Positions 1 to 10,413 are shown, counted from the stretch's first letter. The stretch: 64,000 nucleotides of DNA from an uncultured Candidatus Binatia bacterium (GCA_964291295.2 OZ219754.1:480001-544000), one strand, 5' to 3'. The notes: generated from the sequence alone by a model not told the origin. Translations and numbers: made by a program.

Positions 1-435
1 CTGATCATCCTCGGCGAGCGGGACGGCGTCCCCGCTCCGGTCATCGAGCAGGCCATCGCGGGACTGGGAGGCGAGGTCGCATACGCCGCCACCCAGTGCT
101 TCGTCTGAACAGCCGCTGGTGCCATGGACCTTGAGGATCAAGGTCGAATCAAGGAACTCGCTGAAGAATACGGAAGGGAAGACATCGTCGTGCTGCTCGG
201 TGCCCCCACCATCGAGAGCAGCCAGATCCAGTTCGAGACCGTCACCACCGGCGACCCCTCCTACGCCGGCCCCCTGGCCGGCGTGGAACTCGGCCTCCCG
301 GCCTACCACGTCTTCGAGCCCGGCGTGAAAGCCGCCATCGACCCCGACCAATACGCCGACCACATCGCGGTACTGGAGATGGGACTGGATGCTGACGCCA
401 TCACCGGCGCGCTGGCGGCGATGCGGGAGGGGTAG
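1..435 (+). CDS. grdA: Glycine/sarcosine/betaine reductase selenoprotein A (5'-partial; TGA 106-108 read as Sec)
   Basis: Frame 1 reads LIILGERDGVPAPVIEQAIAGLGGEVAYAATQCFV-TGA-TAAGAMDLEDQGRIK...ETVTTGDPSYAGPLAGVELGL. This matches the GrdA signature GDRDG(I/V)P...CFVUTAAGAMDLE...GDP(T/S)FAGPLAGV. Confidence 0.93.
127..145 (+). promoter_or_regulatory. Candidate bacterial SECIS hairpin
   Basis: Perfect 8-bp stem GACCTTGA-GGA-TCAAGGTC with a G-containing loop, starting 18 nt after the in-frame UGA. Confidence 0.7.
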
Positions 436-474
436 GCGGAGACCGGGTTGCTCAAGGTCGATGGCCGGGCCGCC

Positions 475-3400
475 TCACCCGGCGTCGAGAATCTCCTTCA
501 GCGTCGTCGCCGGAGGGTATCCCTCCGGGGAGGCCGTGAACTCCGGCGGAACGAAAAGGGGGTTGCCGGGCGACCACAGTTCCACGCTGTCGGCGTGCTC
601 CTCGAAGTACTCCGGGGCCGTCGTCACCCGCAACGGCTCGCTCATGCCCGGAGCCAGCAGCCCGTATTCCCGAGGCCCCATGGGCCGAACCTCGACACCG
701 GGCGGCATGAGTTCGCTCGATCCGATGATCCGGTCCAGATCGTCCATGGTGACGGTGGACCGGGGCCGCACCGGCATGGCGAGATCGCTTTCCGTCACCG
801 CGTCGATATCGAAACCCGCGCGCTGTCTTTCGCCTGCCTCGCGTTCGATGGCGTCCACGATCCTGTGGCGCTCGCCCGCGTCCCGGCCTTCCCGGGCCAG
901 CACGGACTGCGATATCGTTCGAGGCAGGCGGGCCAGGATCGGCTGCAGACGCCCCACCACCGACTCGAACAGGCCGATGCGCTTCCGGAGCGCGCGATAG
1001 ATGTCGGCCTCGACCGTCCCTTCGTAGTGCAGATTCACGATGCGGATGGTCTCGTTCTTCTGACCCAGCCGGTCGATGCGCCCGATGCGCTGCTCCACCC
1101 GCATGGGGTTCCAGGGCATGTCGTAGTTCACCAGGGCGCCGCAGAACTGGAAGTTCAGACCCTCCGCGGCGGCGTCGGTACACAGCAGAATGCCGGCTTC
1201 GGCATCGCGAAACCGCCGCCTGGCATCGTCCCGACCGATCCGCCGCCAGACGCCATCGGCACCGGGCACCTCTCCGCCGCGCCCCGAAAAGCACATCAAG
1301 CGCGTCTCCGCATCCTTTCCAAGCTCTTCGCGGAGAAAATCCATGGTATCGGTATACTGGGTGAAGACCATCGTCCGGCCGTAACCCTCCTGCTTCAGTT
1401 CCTGGAGAACCTCCTTGAGGCGTCCGAGTTTGCTGTCCGGCGGCAGCCGGCCAATACCGGCAAGAAGGCTGTCGATGCCGGCCCGCTCCTCGCCGGCAAG
1501 GGCGTCGCGCTCGAATTGCGCCGCCTCATCGACATCGAGAGGATCGTCCGCCGCGTCATCGTCCGGGATATCCTCCTCCAGGTCGGGCCAGGGCACCGGC
1601 CCGCCGGCGGCCAGGGCGTCCCGGTGTTTCCGCAATGTCTCGCGCAGTGCAACGAAACTGCTGGCCAGCCGGCGCCGGTAGATGGTCATGACGAATCCAA
1701 TCGCCGAGCGCTCCTTTTCGCTGGCCAGATTGTAGGTGCCGGCGATGTAGTCCTCCACCGCCTCGTAGATCCACCGCTCATCTTTCGTCATCTCCAGAAA
1801 GCGATCCTCGACCCGACGCTCGGCGATGCTGGTTGTCAACCTCCCCGCCCTGAAATAGCGCCGCAGCAGTTCGCGCGTATTGCGCGACACCAGCCGGCGA
1901 ATCGGCGTCGTCGCCCGCATGATGCCGACCGCGGCCCGGCGTTCCCCGGTCTCCAACTGCCGGCGCGGAATGCTGGCGGCATCGCGCAGCGCCCGCAGAA
2001 CCTTGTTGGTCTTGAGGCGGGACAGTCCGGCCATGCGCCGCGCCTGGTCCGTCCCGACGTCACCGTAGGCCCGCTCAGCCGACCGGAACAGCGCGGCCAT
2101 GCGCTCCAGCGCCTCCGCCGAAGGGCTCGGTTTCTCGATGTTGTCGAAGAAATCGAGGAACGCCCCGGAGGTCCATTCCGGCGGCAGACCGAGCAGGTTC
2201 AGCAGATCCCAGACCTCGATGGGATGAACCTGCATCGGCGTCGCCGTCAGCAGAACCAGCCCCGCCGTGCGCTCCTTCAATCGCTGCATCAGCTTGAGCA
2301 GCGCGTTCGGACCGCCCTCCTTCTGACTGCCCGCACTGCGCCGGCGCGCATGATGCGCCTCATCCAGCACCACCAGATCCCAAGGTTCGGCCTGTTCCAG
2401 AAGTTCCACCGCCCTGTCGTTCCGGCGCATCAACTGGCTCGACACCATCACGGCAGGTTCGCGATGCCAGTCCGCGCGCCCGACAGCGCGCTCATGGCGG
2501 TCCCGCAACGCCGGCGACGGGTACCATGCCAGCCTGGCGCCATCGTAGATGGGCCAATTGAGATTGAACTTCTCCCGCAGTTCGGTCTGCCACTGTCCCA
2601 GGACGGCCTTGGGCGCCAGGATCAGGATTCGCCTGGCGCGTCCGGCGAGCCAGGCCTGACGCAACAGCAGCCCGACCTGAACGGTCTTGCCCAGCCCCAC
2701 CTCGTCCGCGATCAGCAGCCGGGGCGGCCAGACTGCGCACAGGCGCTCGAAAGCCCTTGCCTGATGGGGCCAGGGATCGACCGCCGCGGTGGCCTCGCCC
2801 ACCCGCTCGCCGCCGCCCGGACGCGACGGCGCTTCCCGGATGAACGACCAGACCCGGCTTCTCAAGATGTCCGCCGGGGGCAACGCCGGTTTCGCGACCG
2901 CCGGCGGCGGCGCGGGATGCTCCGCATCCTTCTCCGCATCCTTGCCTGACAGCTGCTTCTCGAGACGCGCCGGCAAGTCCTTCGCCGGCATGAACCGCAT
3001 CAGGTCCCGGCGCACGGCGTCGGGCACGTCCAGCACGATCACGCGCCGCGCCTTGCCGGCCCAGATCCGCGCGAAACCGTCCTGCTCCCGATCGACCCTG
3101 CCGGGTTCGAGTCCCCAACTCGTAAAGACGCTGATGCTCTCCCAATTGTGCCGCCAACCGGCAGCGGTCTCATTCAGGCTTCCGGTCCAGGCGATCCGGT
3201 CGCCGCCGCGATCCTCGATGATGCCGCTCTTCTCATGAAAGATGCCGTCCGCCGGGATCGGCGTATGGTCCGGGTCGCAGGGAACGGCAACCTTCACGTC
3301 GAGGAATCCGCGTCCCACCATCCAGGCCAGCAGTTCCAGCGCATCTGCGGAAGCGGCATCGGGAGGTGCAAGGGGAAGGCGGGTCAACCGCTGTTCGACG

Positions 3401-3660
3401 AGATTGCGGAGATGCGCGCCCCTCTCGATGGCCTCGACCTCGGGCTGTTCCAGAGTACAGCCCACCACGAGCCGCATATGCCCCTTGTTTCGCACCAGCC
3501 CTTCGACACCGCGCGCCGCCAGCACCAGAGCGCCCGCGTTGAAGTAGCCGGTCAGCCGGTCGTAGCGCTGCGCGTCCCGGAGCGCGGGAACATAGAAGAG
3601 CCTGACGAGATCGCCATCATCTGAAGTATACTTGAGGCTCCATGCACGATCGCCGAGCAT
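475..3660 (-). CDS. PLD-nuclease / SNF2-family helicase of the DUF499-DUF1156 restriction-like system
   Basis: N-terminal HKD-type motif HEKSGIIED...GSLNET; helicase motifs ADEVGLGKT, LDEAHH, LTATP, EGLNFQ, QRIGRIDR. Confidence 0.9.
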   Translation of the reverse strand: MLGDRAWSLKYTSDDGDLVRLFYVPALRDAQRYDRLTGYFNAGALVLAARGVEGLVRNKGHMRLVVGCTLEQPEVEAIERGAHLRNLVEQRLTRLPLAPPDAASADALELLAWMVGRGFLDVKVAVPCDPDHTPIPADGIFHEKSGIIEDRGGDRIAWTGSLNETAAGWRHNWESISVFTSWGLEPGRVDREQDGFARIWAGKARRVIVLDVPDAVRRDLMRFMPAKDLPARLEKQLSGKDAEKDAEHPAPPPAVAKPALPPADILRSRVWSFIREAPSRPGGGERVGEATAAVDPWPHQARAFERLCAVWPPRLLIADEVGLGKTVQVGLLLRQAWLAGRARRILILAPKAVLGQWQTELREKFNLNWPIYDGARLAWYPSPALRDRHERAVGRADWHREPAVMVSSQLMRRNDRAVELLEQAEPWDLVVLDEAHHARRRSAGSQKEGGPNALLKLMQRLKERTAGLVLLTATPMQVHPIEVWDLLNLLGLPPEWTSGAFLDFFDNIEKPSPSAEALERMAALFRSAERAYGDVGTDQARRMAGLSRLKTNKVLRALRDAASIPRRQLETGERRAAVGIMRATTPIRRLVSRNTRELLRRYFRAGRLTTSIAERRVEDRFLEMTKDERWIYEAVEDYIAGTYNLASEKERSAIGFVMTIYRRRLASSFVALRETLRKHRDALAAGGPVPWPDLEEDIPDDDAADDPLDVDEAAQFERDALAGEERAGIDSLLAGIGRLPPDSKLGRLKEVLQELKQEGYGRTMVFTQYTDTMDFLREELGKDAETRLMCFSGRGGEVPGADGVWRRIGRDDARRRFRDAEAGILLCTDAAAEGLNFQFCGALVNYDMPWNPMRVEQRIGRIDRLGQKNETIRIVNLHYEGTVEADIYRALRKRIGLFESVVGRLQPILARLPRTISQSVLAREGRDAGERHRIVDAIEREAGERQRAGFDIDAVTESDLAMPVRPRSTVTMDDLDRIIGSSELMPPGVEVRPMGPREYGLLAPGMSEPLRVTTAPEYFEEHADSVELWSPGNPLFVPPEFTASPEGYPPATTLKEILDAG

Positions 3661-3662
3661 GA

Positions 3663-6593
3663 TCAGGATGCGTCGTCCCGCCAGAACTTGAGTTGTTCGG
3701 GCTCATTCACCCGGTCGCTGTAGGCGAGACGGCTCAGTTTGTAGAGGACTTCGAAGTCGCTTCCCGAGGCCGCCGCATCGCCTTCCAGAGCGATACCCGT
3801 GAACGCCCTGGACACCGGCAGCACCTCCTGCACCGCCTCAAGGGCCGCGAAGAAGCGGGCGTCCTGATCCACCCGCGTGTCGGCCAGCAGTTCCCGGGCC
3901 GCGGCCAGGGAGTGCAGTCGCGCCCGATTGGCGCCGTGGTGAATGGCGTCGATCATCCCGCGCGAACCATCCGGAGGGCCGAGCCTCCCCTTCGCCGCCC
4001 GGCGTGTGCTGTCCCACAGCAGGATGTCGCTGCCTTTCTTCTCCGCCAGCCGGCCCACGATGTCGCGGTCGAGGTCGGCGCCCACGGCACGGGCAAGCCT
4101 CAATGCCTCATCGCTGGAAAACACCGGCGCCCGGAAGGCGTCCCAGGCAAGCACGAAGAAGGCGGTGGGCGGATCCAGATCGGCACGGGCCTTGCGATGC
4201 GTCAGTTGCTCCAGGCGCCAGCGCTTGACCTCCCGCCGCGCGGCGTCCAGCGCATCCTCCGGCGTGGCCGCATAAGGATCCCTTTCGTCATCAAGGAGTT
4301 TCTGCCGCCGCCCGCGGCGTTCTTCCGGCAACTCCCGTGGCGTGCCGCGCTTGAGCGGCCAGTGGCGGGAGAATTCCTCCAGGGCCGGACCGAAGGAGGC
4401 GAGATAGAGATCGACCCCGCGGATCCCCGCCTTCTGAAACTCATCCATCCGCCGGCGGACCGACTCGGCCACCTGCGGTTCCACATCCTCCCAGTAAAGG
4501 CCCTGCCCGGCCTCGGTGCGGTCGCCGCGCGGGCGGCAGGCCAGGAAGACCGTGCTGTTGGCCGCCGCCTTGTCACGGATATGGAGACTGCCTTCGGCCT
4601 CGGTGTTGACCGGCCAGGACGCGGTGATGACGAAGCCCGCATCCATCAGACCCGTGGCCAGCGCGTCCCAGGCGCCCGTCGCCTTGTGCGTGAACATCAG
4701 GGTCAGGATGCCGCCCGGCTTCAGGACCCGGCGGCATTCCGAGAAGATGGCCGCCATGCGCTCCTGGTAATCGCGGCCGGCCAGCGCCTTCGCGCCCTTT
4801 TCGCCCCGGAAGCGCGCCGGGTTGGCGACCGCCTCGCTGTCCTTGTCGGTCAGATTGCGCCGGAACAGTTCCGGGAAGATGCGGCCAGCAGTGCGCTTGA
4901 GCCAGACATAGAAGAAGTCCGACAGCTCCGCGTACATGACATTGTCATAGTACGGCGGGTCCATGACGACAGCGTCGATGCTGCCGTCCTCGATATGGTC
5001 GAGGCTGTCACCGGGCTTGCAGGAGATTGTTATTGGGGGGGGGGGGGGGGGTACGCGGTAGAGGTCACCATCGCCCTTGCTGTTGGGCTTGGGGCGAACC
5101 AGCGACACGAGTTCATCGATGCATTTGGCGGTCTGGCCGATGGCCCAATCGTAGCCGACGCCGGCGACGAGAGGAGCCATTTCGGCGTAGGACCATTTGA
5201 ATGCAAAATCGTGGCGATCAAATTTACCAACAACGACCTGCCGCTGCGCATCCCAACGGGTCATTCGAGAATTGAAATTCAAGAGCTTGTCGAGCGAGAA
5301 CGCCAGATACCCATATGCTGCCTGGCGCACATCGGTCAGCGCCCCATCTTCCCGATCGGCCTCAAACATCTCACGAAACACCTCGACGCTGGTGCCGTGG
5401 CACAGAAGCTGGCGCGGCGAGAACAGGTCGCGCCACAATGGCATCCCGTACTGTATGGGACGGTCGTCGTTGCTGACCTCGGGAAATCGTTCGCTCGGCA
5501 CCATGTCGAGCGCCTCCCATTCGGACAGCTTTTCGGCAAGCCGCGCCGCGATGTCGGCGCTGTTGTCGTCCTCGGGCTGTGGTGCCCGGTAGCCGCGAAC
5601 CTCCCTTTCCTTGCCCCGCCTGCCGGACTTGAGAATCTTGCCCGGCACGCGCTTCTTGTAGACGACGGCATAGAGTTGCTCGCCCATCCGGCCAGCCTGG
5701 GCCTGCCGCTTGATCTCGTCACCGTCGATGACGCGGCCACAATCCTTGTAGGGGCAGACGCCGTCACCCCGAGAGACCGTACCGGGAGACTGCTCCTTGG
5801 CGGAATGGACGATTTCGAACGAGCAGACGCGGCCCGCCGTACCAGGGCCGGAAGCAAGGTTCGGACTGAGCCGCACTCCCGTTCCGTCTGGCGCCAACCG
5901 CCAGTTCGGCGAAAGCGGGACGAGTCCGGCGCAGTACGGGCAGATGACCGTGCGTGCCCAAATGTAACCGTCGGATCGGGTATTGTCTCCGGGCTCCGAC
6001 GGAAACGTCCCGGCAAGCCGTTCACGTACCTTCTGCGTGAATTCGGCACCAAGACTTCTGAAAGAACTCCCGACGCCAGCACCACATCTGGCTGGCCATT
6101 CGAGTGTCGCACGCTCAATCAGCGCGGCAACCGGATTCAGATCATTGGCCAACGTTTCGAGCCCGAGCCGAACGGACTCGAAAGGCACACTGCCGCCACC
6201 AGCGGTCGGGTCAAGGATCGTGGCGTCGTTTACTGACTCTTCGGCCAACCAGTCCCTGTCTTCTTTATTCGGTACATGGCCGAACGCTCGCCGATAGCCA
6301 TAGGCATCCGCCCCCAGCCGTTTCCCTTCTCGGGTTGCAATGGCGATCCGTTGCTTTGCCTTGACCGGATCCCCGTGAATTCCCAGCACATGCAGGAAAT
6401 TCTCGTGATCCGCATCCGCCGGCAGCAGCGAAGCCAGCACCGCCGCCCGCGACGCCACCAGCGGCCGACGCGCCCACCAGACATGGAGACGGTTCGGGGC
6501 AGGGAACGGCGTCATCGGCGTCCGCTCGCGCGTGCTCTCGATACCAAGCTCCGCAATCGGCAGCCAGCGCTCGATCAGGCGGGTGTCGGGCAT
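3663..6593 (-). CDS. DUF1156-family adenine DNA methyltransferase
   Basis: [11 protein letters not shown]-terminal signature, motif [11 protein letters not shown], motif IV DPPYYDN, CxxC...CxxxxC Zn insert. Start placed at ATG 6593 ([12 protein letters not shown]); the ORF track starts at 6620. Confidence 0.9.
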   Translation of the reverse strand: MPDTRLIERWLPIAELGIESTRERTPMTPFPAPNRLHVWWARRPLVASRAAVLASLLPADADHENFLHVLGIHGDPVKAKQRIAIATREGKRLGADAYGYRRAFGHVPNKEDRDWLAEESVNDATILDPTAGGGSVPFESVRLGLETLANDLNPVAALIERATLEWPARCGAGVGSSFRSLGAEFTQKVRERLAGTFPSEPGDNTRSDGYIWARTVICPYCAGLVPLSPNWRLAPDGTGVRLSPNLASGPGTAGRVCSFEIVHSAKEQSPGTVSRGDGVCPYKDCGRVIDGDEIKRQAQAGRMGEQLYAVVYKKRVPGKILKSGRRGKEREVRGYRAPQPEDDNSADIAARLAEKLSEWEALDMVPSERFPEVSNDDRPIQYGMPLWRDLFSPRQLLCHGTSVEVFREMFEADREDGALTDVRQAAYGYLAFSLDKLLNFNSRMTRWDAQRQVVVGKFDRHDFAFKWSYAEMAPLVAGVGYDWAIGQTAKCIDELVSLVRPKPNSKGDGDLYRVPPPPPPITISCKPGDSLDHIEDGSIDAVVMDPPYYDNVMYAELSDFFYVWLKRTAGRIFPELFRRNLTDKDSEAVANPARFRGEKGAKALAGRDYQERMAAIFSECRRVLKPGGILTLMFTHKATGAWDALATGLMDAGFVITASWPVNTEAEGSLHIRDKAAANSTVFLACRPRGDRTEAGQGLYWEDVEPQVAESVRRRMDEFQKAGIRGVDLYLASFGPALEEFSRHWPLKRGTPRELPEERRGRRQKLLDDERDPYAATPEDALDAARREVKRWRLEQLTHRKARADLDPPTAFFVLAWDAFRAPVFSSDEALRLARAVGADLDRDIVGRLAEKKGSDILLWDSTRRAAKGRLGPPDGSRGMIDAIHHGANRARLHSLAAARELLADTRVDQDARFFAALEAVQEVLPVSRAFTGIALEGDAAASGSDFEVLYKLSRLAYSDRVNEPEQLKFWRDDAS
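5035..5051. repeat. G17 homopolymer (C17 on coding strand, Pro6) inside the MTase
   Basis: TATT-G17-TACGCG; currently in frame. Confidence 0.95.
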
Positions 6594-6600
6594 CTGCGTG

Positions 6601-7683
6601 TCACGCAGCATGGTCAACAAGGCGGCCGGCGCCGCCGAACGCTTCCACTGTCCACTGGCTGTCCGCTACAATGGGCCGCCGCAGCCGAACCATGGCCGTG
6701 TCGCCCGCCGGCCGTCGAATACGCAATCCGCTCTCGCGCAGGGTCTTTTCCACTACCGTGTTCCCATGCCTGAACCTCGCTTGCCCGGACGGACTCTTGT
6801 TGGTGATCCAGGCATTCGGTGTCGCTTCCGATACGCGCCTTGCATCTTCCGAGGTCGGCAACACCCGACCACCCCGGCGCCAGGGCGTGAGGACCGCAAA
6901 AGGCTCGACTTGGAGCATCTGTTGCCACACTTCCGGTTCATTTGCGTTCGCCGAGCCGTGATGCGGCACCTTGAAGACCGAGGCCTTGCCTGGAGGACGA
7001 GCCGAATCCCCGAGAATGACCCCCCATCCCTGCCTTTCCAGGTCGGCGCCAAGAAGAAGCCGGATTGCATCGCATTCGACCCACAGTGCAACCGCCGCCT
7101 TGTTCGGGGAAAGGCTTGGAATATGTCTCTTGTTTCCACGAACAGGAGGAACCAGTCTGCCGACGGACTTCAGAAACTCCTGAAAAACACCGTCATCGGG
7201 CGAAAGCGCCCATAGCCGGCAGTCATGCCGCTGGAACACGACCCTGTTCGCGATCGCGTGGACCGGCTTCTTCATTTTGTCCCGGAAAAGCGAAAATACG
7301 TCGTGCAGCTCGCGCAAGCCCGAACCGGTATCCGAGATACGATTCCCTTCGAGCGCGCCTACCATGGCGAGAATTTCTCCCTCGCAAAGCGCGCTGGCGC
7401 AGCAGAACGCCGCATCGGGACAGGTTTCGAGTATTCGCGCAAGCCCGCGGATATGGTCGTCGTGCCAATGCGTCGCGATGACCATTTCGACCGAACCTGC
7501 GGGTTCGACGCCAATGCTGTCCAGATATCGTAGTGCCGCTGGCGTACCGTCGAGGTCGGCGCAGGAATCGACAACGACCCACGCACCACCGCCAAGATGC
7601 ATCACGATGCTCTCTCCAAACCCCGGGCCAAGAAGCACAAACTCGAACTCCCCGGGTCCTGGAGGCCCTCCGACGTTGGTCAC
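6601..7683 (-). CDS. Metallo-beta-lactamase-fold (ComEC/Rec2-like) hydrolase, probable nuclease
   Basis: [15 protein letters not shown] (HxHxDH), LLGADLE, KVPHHGS. The GTG start at 7683 overlaps the upstream TGA (GTGA). Confidence 0.85.
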   Translation of the reverse strand: MTNVGGPPGPGEFEFVLLGPGFGESIVMHLGGGAWVVVDSCADLDGTPAALRYLDSIGVEPAGSVEMVIATHWHDDHIRGLARILETCPDAAFCCASALCEGEILAMVGALEGNRISDTGSGLRELHDVFSLFRDKMKKPVHAIANRVVFQRHDCRLWALSPDDGVFQEFLKSVGRLVPPVRGNKRHIPSLSPNKAAVALWVECDAIRLLLGADLERQGWGVILGDSARPPGKASVFKVPHHGSANANEPEVWQQMLQVEPFAVLTPWRRGGRVLPTSEDARRVSEATPNAWITNKSPSGQARFRHGNTVVEKTLRESGLRIRRPAGDTAMVRLRRPIVADSQWTVEAFGGAGRLVDHAA

Positions 7684-8276
7684 CGCTCGAAAGCCGATAC
7701 CACCGACTCCGCCCACTCCCGACCCTTTCGGAGATCGCCTTCAGTCATCCTGGGCAGGTCGCGAAAGACGATCTGGGAAATCCGTCTTCGCGTTCCTTCG
7801 ATTGAGCGCTCGTATCCGATCACCCAGCGAAATATGCTGCCGACGACCATCCGTGAGGCATCGGATTCGGAGATCTCGGTCAACGGAATCTCCGCCTCTT
7901 CGCTTTCATGCGAGTGGCCTGCAGCCAAATCGGTCAGCCGTGCTGCAAACTTGTCCTCGCCGATATCGACGACATAGCCTTCCCACTCCTGCAAGGCGGA
8001 CAACGTAGCCCTTGGGGGAACGGCTGGCGGTCGTGGCGAAAGGTTTACAGATTGGGGCTGCCTCGCACTGTTCGACATCCGCAGCATTGAACCGGGATCA
8101 CCCGCGTCGTCCTGCCCCCCGGAAACAGTGGTCGTCGCGTCGCCCTCGTCCGTCAGCGCACGATCCACTGCTTCTTTCACTATCCGAAGGCGGACGTCGG
8201 CTTCGAACCCGCTTTCTTCGGTGGCCATATCGAGGCGACGTGCGGTCGCAGACTGCGTGGACTGATTCATGGACAC
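7680..8276 (-). CDS. Hypothetical protein: low-complexity N-terminus plus beta-rich (OB-like) C-terminal domain
   Basis: Tightly coupled to both neighbours; C-terminal LQEWEGYVVDI...FAARLTDL...GSIFRWVIGY. Confidence 0.75.
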   Translation of the reverse strand: MSMNQSTQSATARRLDMATEESGFEADVRLRIVKEAVDRALTDEGDATTTVSGGQDDAGDPGSMLRMSNSARQPQSVNLSPRPPAVPPRATLSALQEWEGYVVDIGEDKFAARLTDLAAGHSHESEEAEIPLTEISESDASRMVVGSIFRWVIGYERSIEGTRRRISQIVFRDLPRMTEGDLRKGREWAESVVSAFER

Positions 8277-8283
8277 TTTCCTC

Positions 8284-8997
8284 TCAATTGGTCACCAGGG
8301 ACATCACGTGATCGATGATCTCATCCGCGCGGCGGATCGACGAATCGAAGCCGTCCTCAACGAACCTGAGGAGTTCCGCGCGGGCGTCAGGATCAGCATC
8401 AGCAGCCGATCCGCCGATCGCGTAGTGGTCGTTGACTCCGACATAGACCCCCAGACGCCTGTCATTGATACGAACAGATGGCTCAACCTTCACGTTGATC
8501 TGTCCGCCTGGCGGCCTTCCCTCCGGTCGGGTTTGGCTCATGGTGAGCGAGACCATCCCGCCATGCTCCCCGTCCAGACCGAGTTTTCCTGCAACTTCCC
8601 CCCACGCCTCTGGTGGCGCAAGTATTCTGCCTGCCCGATCCCGCGCGGCCGAACTGGCCGCCCGAAAATGGACGTTGCGATTGATGCCGATGGCACTTAT
8701 GGGGGTGTGACAGAGCTGTTCTCGGAAAACACGCACCACGAAGTCTCGCACCCGAATGTTCGGCGCTGATTGAGTCGCGGCATGGAAGTGGTCGGGCGTG
8801 ACCTGGAGTTGCAACCATTCCGTGGAAAACGAAAGAATTTGAGGATGCGCAATCTGCAACTCGGCGTTATCCGCGGCACTTCGCGGCAGAAAGTCTTGCA
8901 GGGCGAACCAGGCGGGAGTAAGGATCGCCGGATTGAAATTTCCCAACAGTACGATGCTTACTTCACTGATCTCCGGCTCGATCCGCATCACGCTCAT
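8284..8997 (-). CDS. Hypothetical protein, distant TIGR04255-like family
   Basis: SIVLLGNFNPAILTPAWF and HTPISAIGINR motifs; family assignment is from memory. Confidence 0.7.
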   Translation of the reverse strand: MSVMRIEPEISEVSIVLLGNFNPAILTPAWFALQDFLPRSAADNAELQIAHPQILSFSTEWLQLQVTPDHFHAATQSAPNIRVRDFVVRVFREQLCHTPISAIGINRNVHFRAASSAARDRAGRILAPPEAWGEVAGKLGLDGEHGGMVSLTMSQTRPEGRPPGGQINVKVEPSVRINDRRLGVYVGVNDHYAIGGSAADADPDARAELLRFVEDGFDSSIRRADEIIDHVMSLVTN

Positions 8998-9001
8998 CCG
9001 G

Positions 9002-9175
9002 TTACCCCTTCGACTCCGTCAACAGACACCGCAACGCGGTCAGCACCCGCCTCGGACGCCAGCGGTACATGGCCATGCCAAGCCAGTATGCCGCCTCCTC
9101 GCGTCCCATCGCCTCGACTCCATCAACCACCGTTCTCATGTTGCCGCGACTGCGCATCGGCGCAAGTGCCCGGAA
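9002..9175 (-). pseudogene. Second, diverged copy of the last 58 codons of the 10414-10893 gene
   Basis: FRALAPMRSRGNMRTVVDGVEAMGREEAAYWLGMAMYRWRPRRVLTALRCLLTESKG*. Manual alignment to 10414-10587 gives about 25 mismatches in 174 nt, ungapped. Confidence 0.92.
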
Positions 9176-9190
9176 GGGGATTCCCGACGC

Positions 9191-9295
9191 TCAGTCACAG
9201 GGTCGTGCATGCCCTGTCCTCACCTTCAGTGGACGCACCGACAGCTTCAAGGTCTCGAAGCACTTGAAATGCCGCAAATCAATCCGTGTGATCAC
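9191..9295 (-). pseudogene. Truncated N-terminus of an ABC/AAA ATPase (DUF3696/NsnB-like)
   Basis: MITRIDLRHFKCFETLKLSVRPL then unrelated sequence and a stop before any Walker A. Overlaps the end of the DUF262 gene. Confidence 0.7.
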
Positions 9296-10403
9296 CCAGG
9301 ACCTCTCGAAGCATTTCATGAGCCATATGGAACCGGGCTTTCACTTTTCTGGTGTCGTTGGGTCCATAGGTGATGGCGGTATTGAATTCTTCATCTCCCA
9401 GGAGTCGATAGACAGCCTCGCGTACAACGTCCGCCGATGAACGGACGCGGTGTTCTTCGTAGCGGGAAAGCCCTGTGGACATGACATCCCAGAAAGAGGC
9501 GTTCAAGACCGAACGTCTCTCCTGCCCCGGTCCGTGTTTCCGGAAAGCGAAGCGGCCGAACAACAACAGATTGTTGACAAGACCTCGGTGGAACCGGGCA
9601 GAAACCTCCGACAGCTGCGTCTCGGTCATTTCGTTCATCCGGCGCAGGCAGTCGGCAAGAAACTGGTCCATGTCTCCACGATATTCGGCCAGGCTCAGCA
9701 GCTGAAATGCACAAAACCGGTTGACGAACTCCCGGTCCCGCATGGTCTTGTCATCCAGGCTGTCTCCGGTCGCCTGCACGAAGATGTCGGTTTGCGCTTC
9801 GCGCTTGAGAAAACGTGTGCCCGCGCCCATGAACAGGGAGTTCCTCATCTGTTGCCGGGTCAATTCGGCACCCGAATTCACTCTTTCGAAAATATCCAGG
9901 CGAGCGCGGTCCGGCACTCTCGAGTCGATGATGTAGAAGATGAGGTTACAGTCCTCGACGCGGTTCTGGATCTTGGAGGAGAGATCGCGAAATCTCTGGC
10001 CGTCGAGTTCCCTTCTGTCGGGAAGCTTGAGCTTCAGCTCGTTCTTCACGAAGCAACGGAAGGTAGAGAGACGCTGCAAGCCATCCACGACCACCATGCG
10101 CCCATGATCGTCCTCCGCCATGTAGAAGACCGGCAGGGGTATTCTCATGATAACCGACTCGATGAGCTTGCTCTGTTTGTCCACCGGCCAGATGAAGTCG
10201 CGCTGGAAGTCCGGATCCATGACATAGTTGGACTGGTCGATGCGCCGGATGACGTCATGGATGGTCCGGGTCTCGTGTCGGATCAACAGATCGTCCAGGG
10301 GATAGTCACCCCACGACGCGCCCCGTTGATCCAGACCTTCCGGTTCTTCGTCCTTGATGGACTGACCCCGCGTTGCCTCTTCTATCGTGTTCGCGTCACT
10401 CAT
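9279..10403 (-). CDS. DUF262 (ParB/GmrS-like) protein, Menshen NsnA-like
   Basis: PDFQRDFIW, SKLIES, VVDGLQRL, IFERVNSG motifs. Confidence 0.9.
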   Translation of the reverse strand: MSDANTIEEATRGQSIKDEEPEGLDQRGASWGDYPLDDLLIRHETRTIHDVIRRIDQSNYVMDPDFQRDFIWPVDKQSKLIESVIMRIPLPVFYMAEDDHGRMVVVDGLQRLSTFRCFVKNELKLKLPDRRELDGQRFRDLSSKIQNRVEDCNLIFYIIDSRVPDRARLDIFERVNSGAELTRQQMRNSLFMGAGTRFLKREAQTDIFVQATGDSLDDKTMRDREFVNRFCAFQLLSLAEYRGDMDQFLADCLRRMNEMTETQLSEVSARFHRGLVNNLLLFGRFAFRKHGPGQERRSVLNASFWDVMSTGLSRYEEHRVRSSADVVREAVYRLLGDEEFNTAITYGPNDTRKVKARFHMAHEMLREVLGDHTD

Positions 10404-10413
10404 GGCTTCACTG

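Noticed and set aside
124-435. 103-aa ORF as an independent gene
   Set aside because: It is the post-Sec half of GrdA.
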